Source: a virus (taxonomy: Duplodnaviria > Caudoviricetes). Taken from it: a stretch of DNA of 52,881 nt. The position numbers were made by a program, and so were the translations under genes. Below the pieces are notes generated by a model, which saw nothing but the letters and a program-made list of their open reading frames with translations, did no database searches and was not told where the DNA came from. The stretch lies in IMG/VR virus record IMGVR_UViG_3300048575_000329, positions 1-52,881 of that record, one strand, 5' to 3'. Shown here piece by piece: positions 9,492-18,263 of this stretch. How positions within the stretch are numbered: position 1 is the stretch's first letter; each line of letters opens with the position of its first letter.

Positions 9492-9829
9492 CCGATCTCC
9501 ATGCCGACGAGCTGGCCAGCCGCCAGGCTCTGCCGCCGCCGCCCGACTTCGTTCCGGTCTCGCGTCCGCATGTGCGGGCGGCGGTTTCGGCGGGCCTCGC
9601 CGCCATCCTCGTCCTGTCGCTCGCCCTGCTGCTGCTGCTCACCGCGCTGGCGCTGTTCGTGATGCGCGAGCGCGCAGAGGGCGCGGCGCAGCGCGGCGCG
9701 GGCCCGGGCGAGGCGGGGCGTCTGGCGGACGATGGGGGCCTTGACCTTCATGCCTGCCACGATGTCGCAGGCCGCGCCCGCGCGCACCGTGATTTTGCCC
9801 GGCTGCCTCACGACGGGGGCGGGCGGTGA
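9488..9829 (+). CDS. Hypothetical membrane protein
   Basis: ATGA overlap with cro; long hydrophobic segment. Confidence 0.5.
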   Translation: MTDLHADELASRQALPPPPDFVPVSRPHVRAAVSAGLAAILVLSLALLLLLTALALFVMRERAEGAAQRGAGPGEAGRLADDGGLDLHACHDVAGRARAHRDFARLPHDGGGR

Positions 9830-9846
9830 GCGGGTTCGTTGCCGTC

Positions 9847-10149
9847 TCAGTGCGTCTGACCGAACCGTCGGAAGGCGGCCTCGTTGGCGAACGCCATGCG
9901 ACCCTTGGCGTCGACGTTCAGTCCTTGAGCGCGGCACCAGGCGGGGAATTCGCCCGGGTCGATTACCGCGCGCACCGTCAAGACGCCCTGGCTGCGGTAG
10001 TGGCTCTCGATGCCGCCCGCCTTCTTGCGCCACTCTTCGAAGGTGTCGGGCAGAACGTGTCGATCCACCATGATGCCGAGAATGCGGTCGTAGTCCTCTC
10101 GCCTGTACCAGGGGATGCCGACGGCTCTCGGGGGCGGGTGAGGCATCAT
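9847..10149 (-). CDS. Hypothetical protein, antisense to the early right operon
   Basis: GAGGAG RBS; protein-like composition (WYRREDY, LPDTFEEW, IDPGEFPAWC). Confidence 0.7.
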   Translation of the reverse strand: MMPHPPPRAVGIPWYRREDYDRILGIMVDRHVLPDTFEEWRKKAGGIESHYRSQGVLTVRAVIDPGEFPAWCRAQGLNVDAKGRMAFANEAAFRRFGQTH

Positions 10150-10190
10150 TCATCTCCTCATGCGGGTTGCGCCAATCTGAAGGTGCAACC

Positions 10191-10685
10191 GTGAGCCGCG
10201 CGCTGCAAGACGAAACCCTCATCCGCATCAAGGCGGCGACGCGCGACCTGGTGCGGCTCTGTGGCGGGCTGGCGCGGGCGGGCGAGCTGCTTGGCGTCTC
10301 CGAGCAGACCGTGTCGCGCTACCAGCTGCCGACCCATACCGAGGTCATCCCGCTGTCGGCGGTCCTCATCCTCGAAGCCGATGCCGGCCTCGCGCCGGTC
10401 ACCCGGGCGATGGCGCAGGCCAATGGCCGGGACCTCGCCGAGGGCGACGGGGCCGGCGCCGCCGCCGGATGCCTGATGCAGCGCCATAGCGCCGTGATCC
10501 GCGAGGCGGGCGAGGTGATGAGCCATGCCGCCGATGCCTTCGCCGACGGCCGGGTGAGCCCGACCGAGGCCGAACGCCTCGACCGGCAGGTGGGGGAACT
10601 GGAAGCCGCGGTCGGCCGAATGCGGACCGACCTCGCGAAGGTCAAGGCCGGCGAGAAGGTCCACGTGTTCAAGGGGAGGGGCTGA
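10191..10685 (+). CDS. CII-like phage regulatory protein
   Basis: IKAATRDLVRLCGG...VSEQTVSRY HTH and ADGRVSPTE C-terminal pattern; downstream of cro. Confidence 0.75.
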   Translation: MSRALQDETLIRIKAATRDLVRLCGGLARAGELLGVSEQTVSRYQLPTHTEVIPLSAVLILEADAGLAPVTRAMAQANGRDLAEGDGAGAAAGCLMQRHSAVIREAGEVMSHAADAFADGRVSPTEAERLDRQVGELEAAVGRMRTDLAKVKAGEKVHVFKGRG

Positions 10686-11272
10686 TGGCCAAGGTGAACT
10701 TCACGGGCACCGAGCTGAAGGCGCTGCGGCTGATGAAGCGCCGCCACCGGCCGGTGGCCGTCGAGAAGGCGCTCGACCTCAAATATGGCGCCGCCACCAA
10801 GCTGCGGCGGCAGGCGATGGGGCAGGGCTGGCGATTCCCGACGCTGCCGAAGACCTCGGTGCCGGTAACGGTGCGCGAGTATCACGCGGCCTGCCGGGAC
10901 GGCGGGGTGGTGCCGAAGCCACAGATGAGCCGGGACCTCGCGCCGCCGCTGCCGGAGACCGCCTGGCCGCACCTCGTCGACTATCCGCTGCCGCCGGCGC
11001 CGCGATCGCAGGCCGCCGGGGAGCAGGCGGCCCGGCTGTTCCGGGCCGTGCAGGACATGCGCTACGTGCCGACGTCCTTCGCCGGCGGCGGGGAGCGGCA
11101 TTTCGGGCGGGAATGCGCCGAGCACCTCGCCCTGCTGATCGCCTATGCGCCGGGCCCGCGCTACCGCGACGACCCGCGCGCTGCCGCTACCGAGCCCCGG
11201 GCCCGCTTCTCGCCGCCGCCGCCGTCCTCCGGCATGGGCAGCCCGGCCGCCCAGGTTCTCGAGGTGGCGTGA
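10685..11272 (+). CDS. Hypothetical phage protein
   Basis: TGATG coupling on both sides. Confidence 0.6.
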   Translation: MAKVNFTGTELKALRLMKRRHRPVAVEKALDLKYGAATKLRRQAMGQGWRFPTLPKTSVPVTVREYHAACRDGGVVPKPQMSRDLAPPLPETAWPHLVDYPLPPAPRSQAAGEQAARLFRAVQDMRYVPTSFAGGGERHFGRECAEHLALLIAYAPGPRYRDDPRAAATEPRARFSPPPPSSGMGSPAAQVLEVA

Positions 11273-11610
11273 TGGGGATCGAGAGCGGCGCAGAGACCCG
11301 ACCGACCGTGCCGGTGCGCCGCGACCTCGCGGCGCTCGCCGTCGACGTCTTCGTTGCCTGCCAGCGGGCGAGCATGGCCCTGCAGGCGGCGGAGCATCTC
11401 AGTTTCCGCCATCCGATCCGCGGCCATGCCATGGCGCTCTCCGAGGCCCGCCGCGAGGTGGAGGCCATGGCCGAGGCCCATGCCCTGCTGAAGGCTCTCG
11501 TGCCCTATAGCGAGGCGCTGGCCGAGGGCCTTCCGGACGTCTTCGCGGCCGGGACGGCCCCCGAGGCGGCACCGGTAGGTTTCGCGGTGATCACCGGGGG
11601 GCGGGCATGA
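11272..11610 (+). CDS. Hypothetical phage protein
   Basis: Coupled to both neighbours. Confidence 0.55.
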   Translation: MGIESGAETRPTVPVRRDLAALAVDVFVACQRASMALQAAEHLSFRHPIRGHAMALSEARREVEAMAEAHALLKALVPYSEALAEGLPDVFAAGTAPEAAPVGFAVITGGRA

Positions 11611-12899
11611 CCGCGCCCCGCTCGCCGGAGGACTGGAAGGCCTGGCGCCGCCTCGTCCGCGAGCCCTGGGTGGCGCGTGCCGAGGAGGTGGACCTCGTGA
11701 CCGCCTTCGGCGCGGCCGGGGTGGGCGGCGCCCTGAAGCGGGCAGGGCAGGAGCAGGTGGGGCCGTGCCCGGCCTGTGGCGGTCGCCATGACAAGTTTGC
11801 GATTCACCCGACCAAGCGCCGCTGGCACTGCCGCGGCATCGGCTCCGGCGGGTCGAGCCCGGTCGGCATGGTGATGCATATCGCGGGACTGCCGTTCCTC
11901 GAGGCCGTGGCGTTGCTCGCCGGCGAGCCGGACCCGGCCCGCAAGGACGCGCCGCCGCCCTCGGCCGAGGAGATTGCCGCCCGCGAGGCGGAGCGCACCA
12001 CGCGCCGCGTCGCCAACGAGGCTGCCGCCGCGGCGCGCGACAGCGCGGAGCGCGACTATCGCGAACGGGAGCGCCGGCGCGCCCGTGCCATTCTGCATCG
12101 GGCCTTGCCATGGCAGGGGACGCCGGTGGAGGCCTATCTGCGGCACCGGCGGCTGGTCGACGACACGATCATCCCTCGGCTCGGCGGCTTGCGCCTGCGC
12201 TATGCCGAACTGACCTATGTGCACCCGGAGCGCGACGAGAGCGGCCAACTGGAGCTGCTGGACTGCGGTCGCTTCCCGGTGATGGCGGCCGGATTCGTGC
12301 GGGATGGCGAGCTTGTCGGCGCCCACCTGACCTATCTCGACCCGGCCTTCCTGACCGGCGGCATGCCCGCCACGGCGAAGGGCAAGGCAGAGCCGATCCA
12401 TCCCCAGACCGGCGAGGTGCTGCCGGCGAAGAAGATGCGCGGCTCGTCCAGGGGCTGCTGCATCCGCCTCTTCGGTCCGCCGGCGCCGGACGTGCTGATC
12501 CGCGGCGAAGGGATCGAGACAACGCTCGGCTTCCTCGGCGCCCTGATGCGCGCCGACCGGCTGCCGCCGGACTTCGCGGCCTGGGCCGCCGGCTCGCTCG
12601 ACAATCTCGGCGGGCCTGCCGCCGGCACGATCGCCCATCCGACCAAGCGCACCGACAAGGGCCGGCCCGTGAGGGTGAAGGGGCCGGTGCCGCGCGAGGC
12701 CGACGGCGATCACCCGGTGATGGCGGTGCCGGACGGCGTCAGGCGGATGATCGACCTCGCCGACGGAGACTGCGACCCCTTCGAGGTGGAACAGGTTCTC
12801 GCCCGCTCGGCGGCGCGCTGGCAGCGGCCTGGCCGCGCCGTGAGCGCCGTGTGGCCGCCGGCCGGGCTCGACTGGGCCCAGGCGACGGGAGGGGTGTGA
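11607..12899 (+). CDS. Primase with P4-alpha/CHC2 zinc-binding domain and Toprim-like C-terminus
   Basis: GPCPACGG.DKF......WHCR Zn finger; AHLTYL, KKMRG, GEGIETT, ADGD motifs. Confidence 0.85.
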   Translation: MTAPRSPEDWKAWRRLVREPWVARAEEVDLVTAFGAAGVGGALKRAGQEQVGPCPACGGRHDKFAIHPTKRRWHCRGIGSGGSSPVGMVMHIAGLPFLEAVALLAGEPDPARKDAPPPSAEEIAAREAERTTRRVANEAAAAARDSAERDYRERERRRARAILHRALPWQGTPVEAYLRHRRLVDDTIIPRLGGLRLRYAELTYVHPERDESGQLELLDCGRFPVMAAGFVRDGELVGAHLTYLDPAFLTGGMPATAKGKAEPIHPQTGEVLPAKKMRGSSRGCCIRLFGPPAPDVLIRGEGIETTLGFLGALMRADRLPPDFAAWAAGSLDNLGGPAAGTIAHPTKRTDKGRPVRVKGPVPREADGDHPVMAVPDGVRRMIDLADGDCDPFEVEQVLARSAARWQRPGRAVSAVWPPAGLDWAQATGGV

Positions 12900-12913
12900 T
12901 GGCGGACTGGTCG

Positions 12914-13729
12914 TCAGTGTCCGCGTTTAGGCTCGATCGTCTTCATCGCCTCGAGCAGTCCCGCATTGAAGGCAACGCCATCGGCACCCGCATGAACGCG
13001 CCGATGGCAGTTGGGGCACAAGGCTATGACGAAGCGCGGATCGTCGGGGCCGCCGTCGCTCACCCGGCGAATATGATGAGGCTCCAGATAGGGAGACCCG
13101 TCCGGCCGGAGGAAGGGCGCGCTGGTGCCGCACCCCTCGCAGCGGCCGTTCGCACGGGCCAGGATGTAGTTCCGAACATCAGCGCTTCGACGGTAGATCG
13201 ATCGCGTCGATGTGGCCGTGGTGGCGGAGTTCTGCGCGGCGGCAAACGCCTTGGCGCGCAGGGCATCCAGACCCTCGGCAACCGTGAAGGGGAGCGCCTC
13301 AACTGCCTCTTCGACGGCTTCCAGGGGGCGCAGTTCGAAGACCAGCGACTGGCGCGTGGCGCCGGTTCGATCACGGCCAGGTTCGAAGTGGTAGCCCTCG
13401 CAGATCCACTCACCTTCGAACTGCAGGCGGCCGTTCTTGAGCTTGCGAAACAACAGAAGGCATTTGCCGTCAGCAACATGGTTGGCGATGGCCTTGTTGC
13501 CTTTGGCCAGCCGCATGTCGCCGACCTGGCCCTCTCCGAAGTATTCGAAGACGCCGTCCGGTCTCCACCGGTCGCCATAGCCGTGCTGCGCGCCCTCATC
13601 GCCCGTCACAGCGATGACGAGGCGGTGATTCTTGGGGGTGATGATGCCGCCCTGTTCCTGTCCGCCATAGCGCGCGTGAATGTCGGCCCGGCGGTTGTAA
13701 GGCTTCCCTCTTTCAAATGGCCAAGTCAC
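12914..13729 (-). CDS. SRA-like domain + HNH endonuclease (McrA-like type IV restriction)
   Basis: YNRRADIHARYGGQEQGGI, YGDRW, YFGEGQVGDM...GNKAI N-domain; CEGC...YLEPHH...GGPD...ALCPNCH HNH; GGAGG before GTG 13729. Confidence 0.85.
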   Translation of the reverse strand: MTWPFERGKPYNRRADIHARYGGQEQGGIITPKNHRLVIAVTGDEGAQHGYGDRWRPDGVFEYFGEGQVGDMRLAKGNKAIANHVADGKCLLLFRKLKNGRLQFEGEWICEGYHFEPGRDRTGATRQSLVFELRPLEAVEEAVEALPFTVAEGLDALRAKAFAAAQNSATTATSTRSIYRRSADVRNYILARANGRCEGCGTSAPFLRPDGSPYLEPHHIRRVSDGGPDDPRFVIALCPNCHRRVHAGADGVAFNAGLLEAMKTIEPKRGH

Positions 13730-13818
13730 CGAAGGCCTCCCCAAAATGCTCCGCGCACTGCACTTTCGCGCGAGTGCGTCGTTCATTGCAACCCAGGTCG
13801 GTTTGCTGGGGCGGTTCC

Positions 13819-14061
13819 ATGACCTCCGAACTGCTTTGGAAAAACCTCTGCTTCATCCGCGACGGCGCGGCCGACGTGGTGTCCGACACGGTCATGCGGC
13901 TGCTGATCAATCGCGGCCTCGTGACGCTCGGCCGCGCGCTGACCGACAAGGGTCATGAGGCGCTGGCGGCCGGGGACGCGCACTGGCGGACCGACAGCCC
14001 GCCGTTGGCACCGGAGGATGCGCCGATCCGCGCCTGGCGCGGCTTCGAGGTGAAGGCATGA
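13819..14061 (+). CDS. Hypothetical phage protein
   Basis: 80-aa ORF coupled to the next gene; winged-helix-like LINRGLV...LTDKG. Confidence 0.55.
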   Translation: MTSELLWKNLCFIRDGAADVVSDTVMRLLINRGLVTLGRALTDKGHEALAAGDAHWRTDSPPLAPEDAPIRAWRGFEVKA

Positions 14062-14981
14062 GCGATCCGTCGGACTTTCAGCTTGCCCAACCGACCCCAA
14101 AGGCTCCCCGCCCGCGCAGGGGAGGCTGGTCCTGGGGGCCGGTCGAGGGCGCCAAGCTGCGGGTTATGTCGAACGGTGGTGGGGTCCAGTCCACGACCCT
14201 GATCATGATGATGTGCGTTGGTGAGTTGCCATGGGTCGATCACATCATCTTCGCCGATACGGGCGACGACAGCCTCGGCACGATGCGTCACCTCGACTGG
14301 TTGGAAGGGCAGGTCCAGCGCTACAGCAACGGCCGCGTGCCGCTGCATCGCGTTTCGCGCGGCGGCAAGCTTTCCGATCGCATCCGCAACCGTGCTGCCG
14401 GCCGAGGCGTGATCAACAATGATCGTTTCGTCCCTGCGCCTTTCTACACCTCGAGAGGCAAGTCCGGCCGCGGCGGTCAGGGCAAGCGTCAATGCACCCG
14501 CGAGTTCAAGATTGAGCCGTTGGAGAAGATCCAGCGGAAACTGCTCGGCTACCAGCCGCGCCAGCGCATTCCCGCCGGCTCGTGCGAAGTTTGGATTGGC
14601 ATCTCGACCGATGAGGTCGTGAGGGCCGGAGCGGCGTTCACGTCATGGACGGTGAACCGTTATCCACTGCTCGAAAAGCGCATGTCGCGACAGGACTGCG
14701 TCCAATGGCTCGTCCAGCATGGCTTTCCAGTGCCACCCAAGAGCGCCTGCATCTTTTGCCCCTACAAGAGCAACGCCGAATGGCGGTGGCTGCGCGACAA
14801 CGATCCGGAGGCCTGGGCGGTGGCCGTGGAGCTGGATCGGTTGATCCGAAACACGCCAGGGGTGCGTGAGAAGGAATTTCTGCATCGCGCTCGTATCCCG
14901 CTGGATGAGGTGGACCTCTCCACGGATGAAGAGCGCGGGCAAGGAATGCTCATGCTCTGCGAAGCGGGGTGCGGGCTATGA
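14058..14981 (+). CDS. PAPS-reductase-like PP-loop protein (adenine nucleotide alpha hydrolase)
   Basis: SNGGGVQST PP-loop, FADTG, RQCTREFKIEP, WIGISTDE, YPL, KSACIFCPY, terminal CEAGC. Confidence 0.82.
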   Translation: MSDPSDFQLAQPTPKAPRPRRGGWSWGPVEGAKLRVMSNGGGVQSTTLIMMMCVGELPWVDHIIFADTGDDSLGTMRHLDWLEGQVQRYSNGRVPLHRVSRGGKLSDRIRNRAAGRGVINNDRFVPAPFYTSRGKSGRGGQGKRQCTREFKIEPLEKIQRKLLGYQPRQRIPAGSCEVWIGISTDEVVRAGAAFTSWTVNRYPLLEKRMSRQDCVQWLVQHGFPVPPKSACIFCPYKSNAEWRWLRDNDPEAWAVAVELDRLIRNTPGVREKEFLHRARIPLDEVDLSTDEERGQGMLMLCEAGCGL

Positions 14982-16786
14982 GCGATCCCAACAAGCCGGC
15001 GGGTCTCGGCCCCGAACTCGCCGCCGCGGCGCTGGATGAGGCGCTGGCACAGCCGATCCCCGGCGACGATGCCCCTCTCGCACCCCATGACGATTCCGGT
15101 TTTCCGCCCCAGCCTCCCGATGACGGCGAGCCGGTGGGCGAGATGCCGCTGCTCTCGACCGAAGAGTGGGCCCTGGTGGACCGATGCGCCGAACAGCCAC
15201 AGAACGACATCGGCAATTCGATGCGGCTCCGCATCCGCTGCGGCGAGAACCTCAGCTATGCCCAGCGGATCGGCTATTTCGTCTGGGACGAGCGGCGCTG
15301 GGAAGAGGATATCGAAGGCAAGGTGTCGCGGCCGCTGGCGCACAAGGTGGTGGAGGCGATCGGCCACGAGGCCTTCGTGCTGAAGCCGACGCCGCAGGAA
15401 GAGGCGGCGATGGCCGATGCCGAGAAGGCCCGGCCTGACCTGACGGCCCTCGACGCCAAGGCCGACAAGGACGACGCCGACCGCATCACTCTGGGCCTGC
15501 TGAAGCGGCGGGTGAAGGAAGGCGAGCTCGCCGAGGCGCGGGTGACCGCCCGGCGGGCGGCTCGGCGCCGCTTCGCGGTGACGGCCGGCAACAGCGGCAA
15601 GATCGAAGGCATGCTGAAGGAGGCCGCGCCCTATCTCTCGCGCGCCATGGACGAGTTCGACACCGAACCGCTGGCGCTGAACTGCGAGACGGGGACGCTG
15701 CGCTTCCGCCTGGAGCGGACGGAGGACGAGGAATCGGACCCGGCAGACCCGCGCTATCGCGAGGCGCATGTGACAGAGCTTTCGCCCCACCGGCGCGAGG
15801 ACTTCATCACCAAGCTCGCTCCCGTCGCCTGGGCGCCGGATGCGCCGCGGCCCGCCTTCGAACGGTTCATCCGCCGCATCCTGCCGAACGAAGCGGTGCG
15901 CGCCTTCGTGCAGCGCTATCTCGGCTACAGCCTGACGGCGCTGACCCGCGAGCAGGTCTTCGTGATCTTCCACGGCGAGGGCCGCAACGGCAAATCGACG
16001 CTGGTGGACGTGGTGGCGAAGGTGCTCGGCGACTATGGCACGACGGTGCCGATCGCCACCCTCGTCGGCGACGACCGGCGCAAGGGCGGCGAGGCGACGC
16101 CGGACCTCGTCCGGCTGCCCGGGGCACGCTTCGTGCGCACCGCCGAACCGAAGCAGGGCATGCCCTTCGACGAGAGCCTGATCAAGGCGCTGACCGGCGG
16201 CGAGCCGATCCTCGTGCGGCGGCTCAACCAGGAGTTCATCGAGGTCTATCCGACCTTCAAGCTGGTCGTTTCCTGCAACCGCAAGCCGGAGATCCGCGGC
16301 GATGACGACGGCATCTGGCGGCGCGTGCTGCTGGTGCCCTTCGACGTGCAGATTCCCGAAGCCGAGGTCGACAAGGGCCTGACGGCGAAGCTCTGGGAGG
16401 AGCGCTCCGGCATCCTCGCCTGGCTGGTGGAGGGCGCGCTCGCCTATCTCGATGGCGGCCTGCAGCCGCCGGACGAGGTGAGGGGGGCGACGCGGGAGTA
16501 TCGCGACGAGAGCGACATTCTCGGCTCCTTCGTGCGCGCCGCCCTCGAGGTGACGCGCGACACGGGTGACGCCATCGAAAGCGGCCGGCTCTACACGATC
16601 TATGAGAACTGGTGCCGCCTGAACGGCCACACGCCCTGGCGCGCCGAGACCTTCTCCAAGCGCATGCCTAAGGCGGCCGAGCGGCACGGCTTCGTCAAGG
16701 TGAAATCGTCCATCAGCGTCTACCAGGGCATCCGCGCCCGGCCGGAGTTCCTCGGGCCGGCGCCCTCACGCACCCACGGGGACTGA
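14978..16786 (+). CDS. Phage/plasmid primase P4 family, D5-like SF3 helicase
   Basis: NDIGNS D5-N region, GEGRNGKST Walker A, IKALTGGE, DDGIWRR. Confidence 0.93.
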   Translation: MSDPNKPAGLGPELAAAALDEALAQPIPGDDAPLAPHDDSGFPPQPPDDGEPVGEMPLLSTEEWALVDRCAEQPQNDIGNSMRLRIRCGENLSYAQRIGYFVWDERRWEEDIEGKVSRPLAHKVVEAIGHEAFVLKPTPQEEAAMADAEKARPDLTALDAKADKDDADRITLGLLKRRVKEGELAEARVTARRAARRRFAVTAGNSGKIEGMLKEAAPYLSRAMDEFDTEPLALNCETGTLRFRLERTEDEESDPADPRYREAHVTELSPHRREDFITKLAPVAWAPDAPRPAFERFIRRILPNEAVRAFVQRYLGYSLTALTREQVFVIFHGEGRNGKSTLVDVVAKVLGDYGTTVPIATLVGDDRRKGGEATPDLVRLPGARFVRTAEPKQGMPFDESLIKALTGGEPILVRRLNQEFIEVYPTFKLVVSCNRKPEIRGDDDGIWRRVLLVPFDVQIPEAEVDKGLTAKLWEERSGILAWLVEGALAYLDGGLQPPDEVRGATREYRDESDILGSFVRAALEVTRDTGDAIESGRLYTIYENWCRLNGHTPWRAETFSKRMPKAAERHGFVKVKSSISVYQGIRARPEFLGPAPSRTHGD

Positions 16787-16790
16787 TCGC

Positions 16791-17108
16791 GGGAGGCAAG
16801 GGAGGGAAATGGCGCTGCCGCCCGCCGTTGCCTCCCGTGAAGGGTGCAAGGGAAATCAAGGAGTTGGAGGCAGGCGTGGGAGGGTAGGGAGGATAGGGAG
16901 GCAAATCCGCGCGTCACGCGTGAGAGACGAGGGGCGAGGGGTGAGGCCCCTGCATTGAAAACGGCTCTCTATGTGGCGTGAGACACTTACCCTCCCTTGC
17001 CTCCCTACCTTCCCATGAAATGAAAAAGAGACGGAAAGACAGGCGGTTAGCGAAGCGGGTTTTCGGGAGGGAACGGGAAGGAACGACAGTTTCCCTCCCT
17101 AGCCTCCC
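16791..17108. repeat. Putative replication origin: GGGAGG iterons in opposing orientations
   Basis: About a dozen GGGAGG/CCTCCC copies in 9-10-bp-spaced clusters right after the helicase. Confidence 0.7.
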
Positions 17109-17127
17109 ACAGGAGAGAGCAAGGGCG

Positions 17128-17988
17128 ATGAAAGAGGTCGGAATCGAAGAGTTCGCCGCCTGGTGCGTGCAGGAGGAATGGCCGAAGGCGAATAGCGCCG
17201 ACATGGATGAGCACACGGCGGCGCGAGCCGCCGTCCTCGGAGCGATGGGGTTCCGCGGCACGCCGCTTTTCCCCGCTGGCTTTGGGTCAATGGACTGGGA
17301 TTTCATGGTGGCCGAGGGGTCGGTGCGCGCCGCGCCACCTCGCGGCGTGCCGCATCCCGATGCGGTGCTCTTCGCCAAGGCCTGCACCGCGCTGGCGGAG
17401 GAGGCGGCCTCGCCCGCCTATGACGCCGCGGACTGCCTCACCGACCAGACGGAAGCGCTGGCGCTGGGCGCCGGCGAACGGATGGCGCTGGACTGGCGCA
17501 CCTCGGAGCACTTGCAGTCGAACCGCATCAATCCGCGCAGCCTCGTCGTCACCTATGCCGGCCTCGCGCGTCGGCGGCGGGCTGCGGGGGGCTGGGATGT
17601 GGCGCGGCCGGACTGGCATGCGGACGCGATCGAACGCAGCTATCAGCTTGCCGAGACTGGCGGCCACCCCCAGCTGTTCGTCACCGTGCAGAGGCGCGTG
17701 CGGATCTCGGGCCGGGGTGAGCCGGCGGCATATGAGATGCGGGCCTTTGAAGAGGACGGCCGCGATCCCAGGACGAGGCGACCGAGGCCGGGTGCCTATC
17801 GCAAGGTGGTCTTCAATCCCGATCCGGGCTTCGTCGCGCGGGCCCGCCACACCTATGCGGTCTGGTGGTGCGCGCTGGAGTATCTGGCGGCATGGCTGGA
17901 GGCCTCCGGCGCGCTCTCGGAACACCGGGTTCTCGGCCCGCAAGGCATTGAAAAACCATGGCAATCAGCATGGAAGTGGGTTGCTTGA
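17128..17988 (+). CDS. Hypothetical protein in the late-gene regulator (Q) position
   Basis: AGGAG RBS; PHPDA motif; immediately upstream of the late promoter/terminator pair. Confidence 0.65.
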   Translation: MKEVGIEEFAAWCVQEEWPKANSADMDEHTAARAAVLGAMGFRGTPLFPAGFGSMDWDFMVAEGSVRAAPPRGVPHPDAVLFAKACTALAEEAASPAYDAADCLTDQTEALALGAGERMALDWRTSEHLQSNRINPRSLVVTYAGLARRRRAAGGWDVARPDWHADAIERSYQLAETGGHPQLFVTVQRRVRISGRGEPAAYEMRAFEEDGRDPRTRRPRPGAYRKVVFNPDPGFVARARHTYAVWWCALEYLAAWLEASGALSEHRVLGPQGIEKPWQSAWKWVA

Positions 17989-18013
17989 CTGCGCCTTGCC
18001 CTTGACTCATAGT
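17985..18013 (+). promoter_or_regulatory. Late promoter (pR'-like)
   Basis: TTGACT-N17-CATAGT. Confidence 0.65.
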
Positions 18014-18038
18014 CGGGGTGGTTGATTTCGACCTGATG

Positions 18039-18072
18039 AAGCCCCGGCGCCCTCCGCGACCGGGGCTTTTCT
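18039..18072 (+). terminator. Rho-independent terminator (tR'-like)
   Basis: AAGCCCCGG...CCGGGGCTTTTCT. Confidence 0.75.
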
Positions 18073-18137
18073 ACGCCGCCTGCCGCTTCGGCGCGCGATA
18101 ACAGGTCAAGCACTATCCGCCGGACACCCCCCTCAAC

Positions 18138-18189
18138 GGGTCCTTCCTCGGCCAAAACGCTATGCGGGCGGCAAAGGCGCGGGTGTTCG
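18138..18189 (+). other. cos site (cosQ + cosN)
   Basis: GGGTCCT, then GGGCGGCAAAGG-CGCGGGTGTTCG, closely resembling lambda GGGCGGCGACCT-CGCGGGTTTTCG; upstream of terS. Confidence 0.8.
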
Positions 18190-18263
18190 TCAGACATTCG
18201 CAAAATTCGAAGCCTCAAGTTTAGCCAGAGCCTAAAGGTCGGCTCAAATTCAGAAATCGGGCG

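Noticed and set aside
16791-17108. CRISPR-like array
   Set aside because: Repeats are 6-9 bp in mixed orientation without spacers; no cas genes
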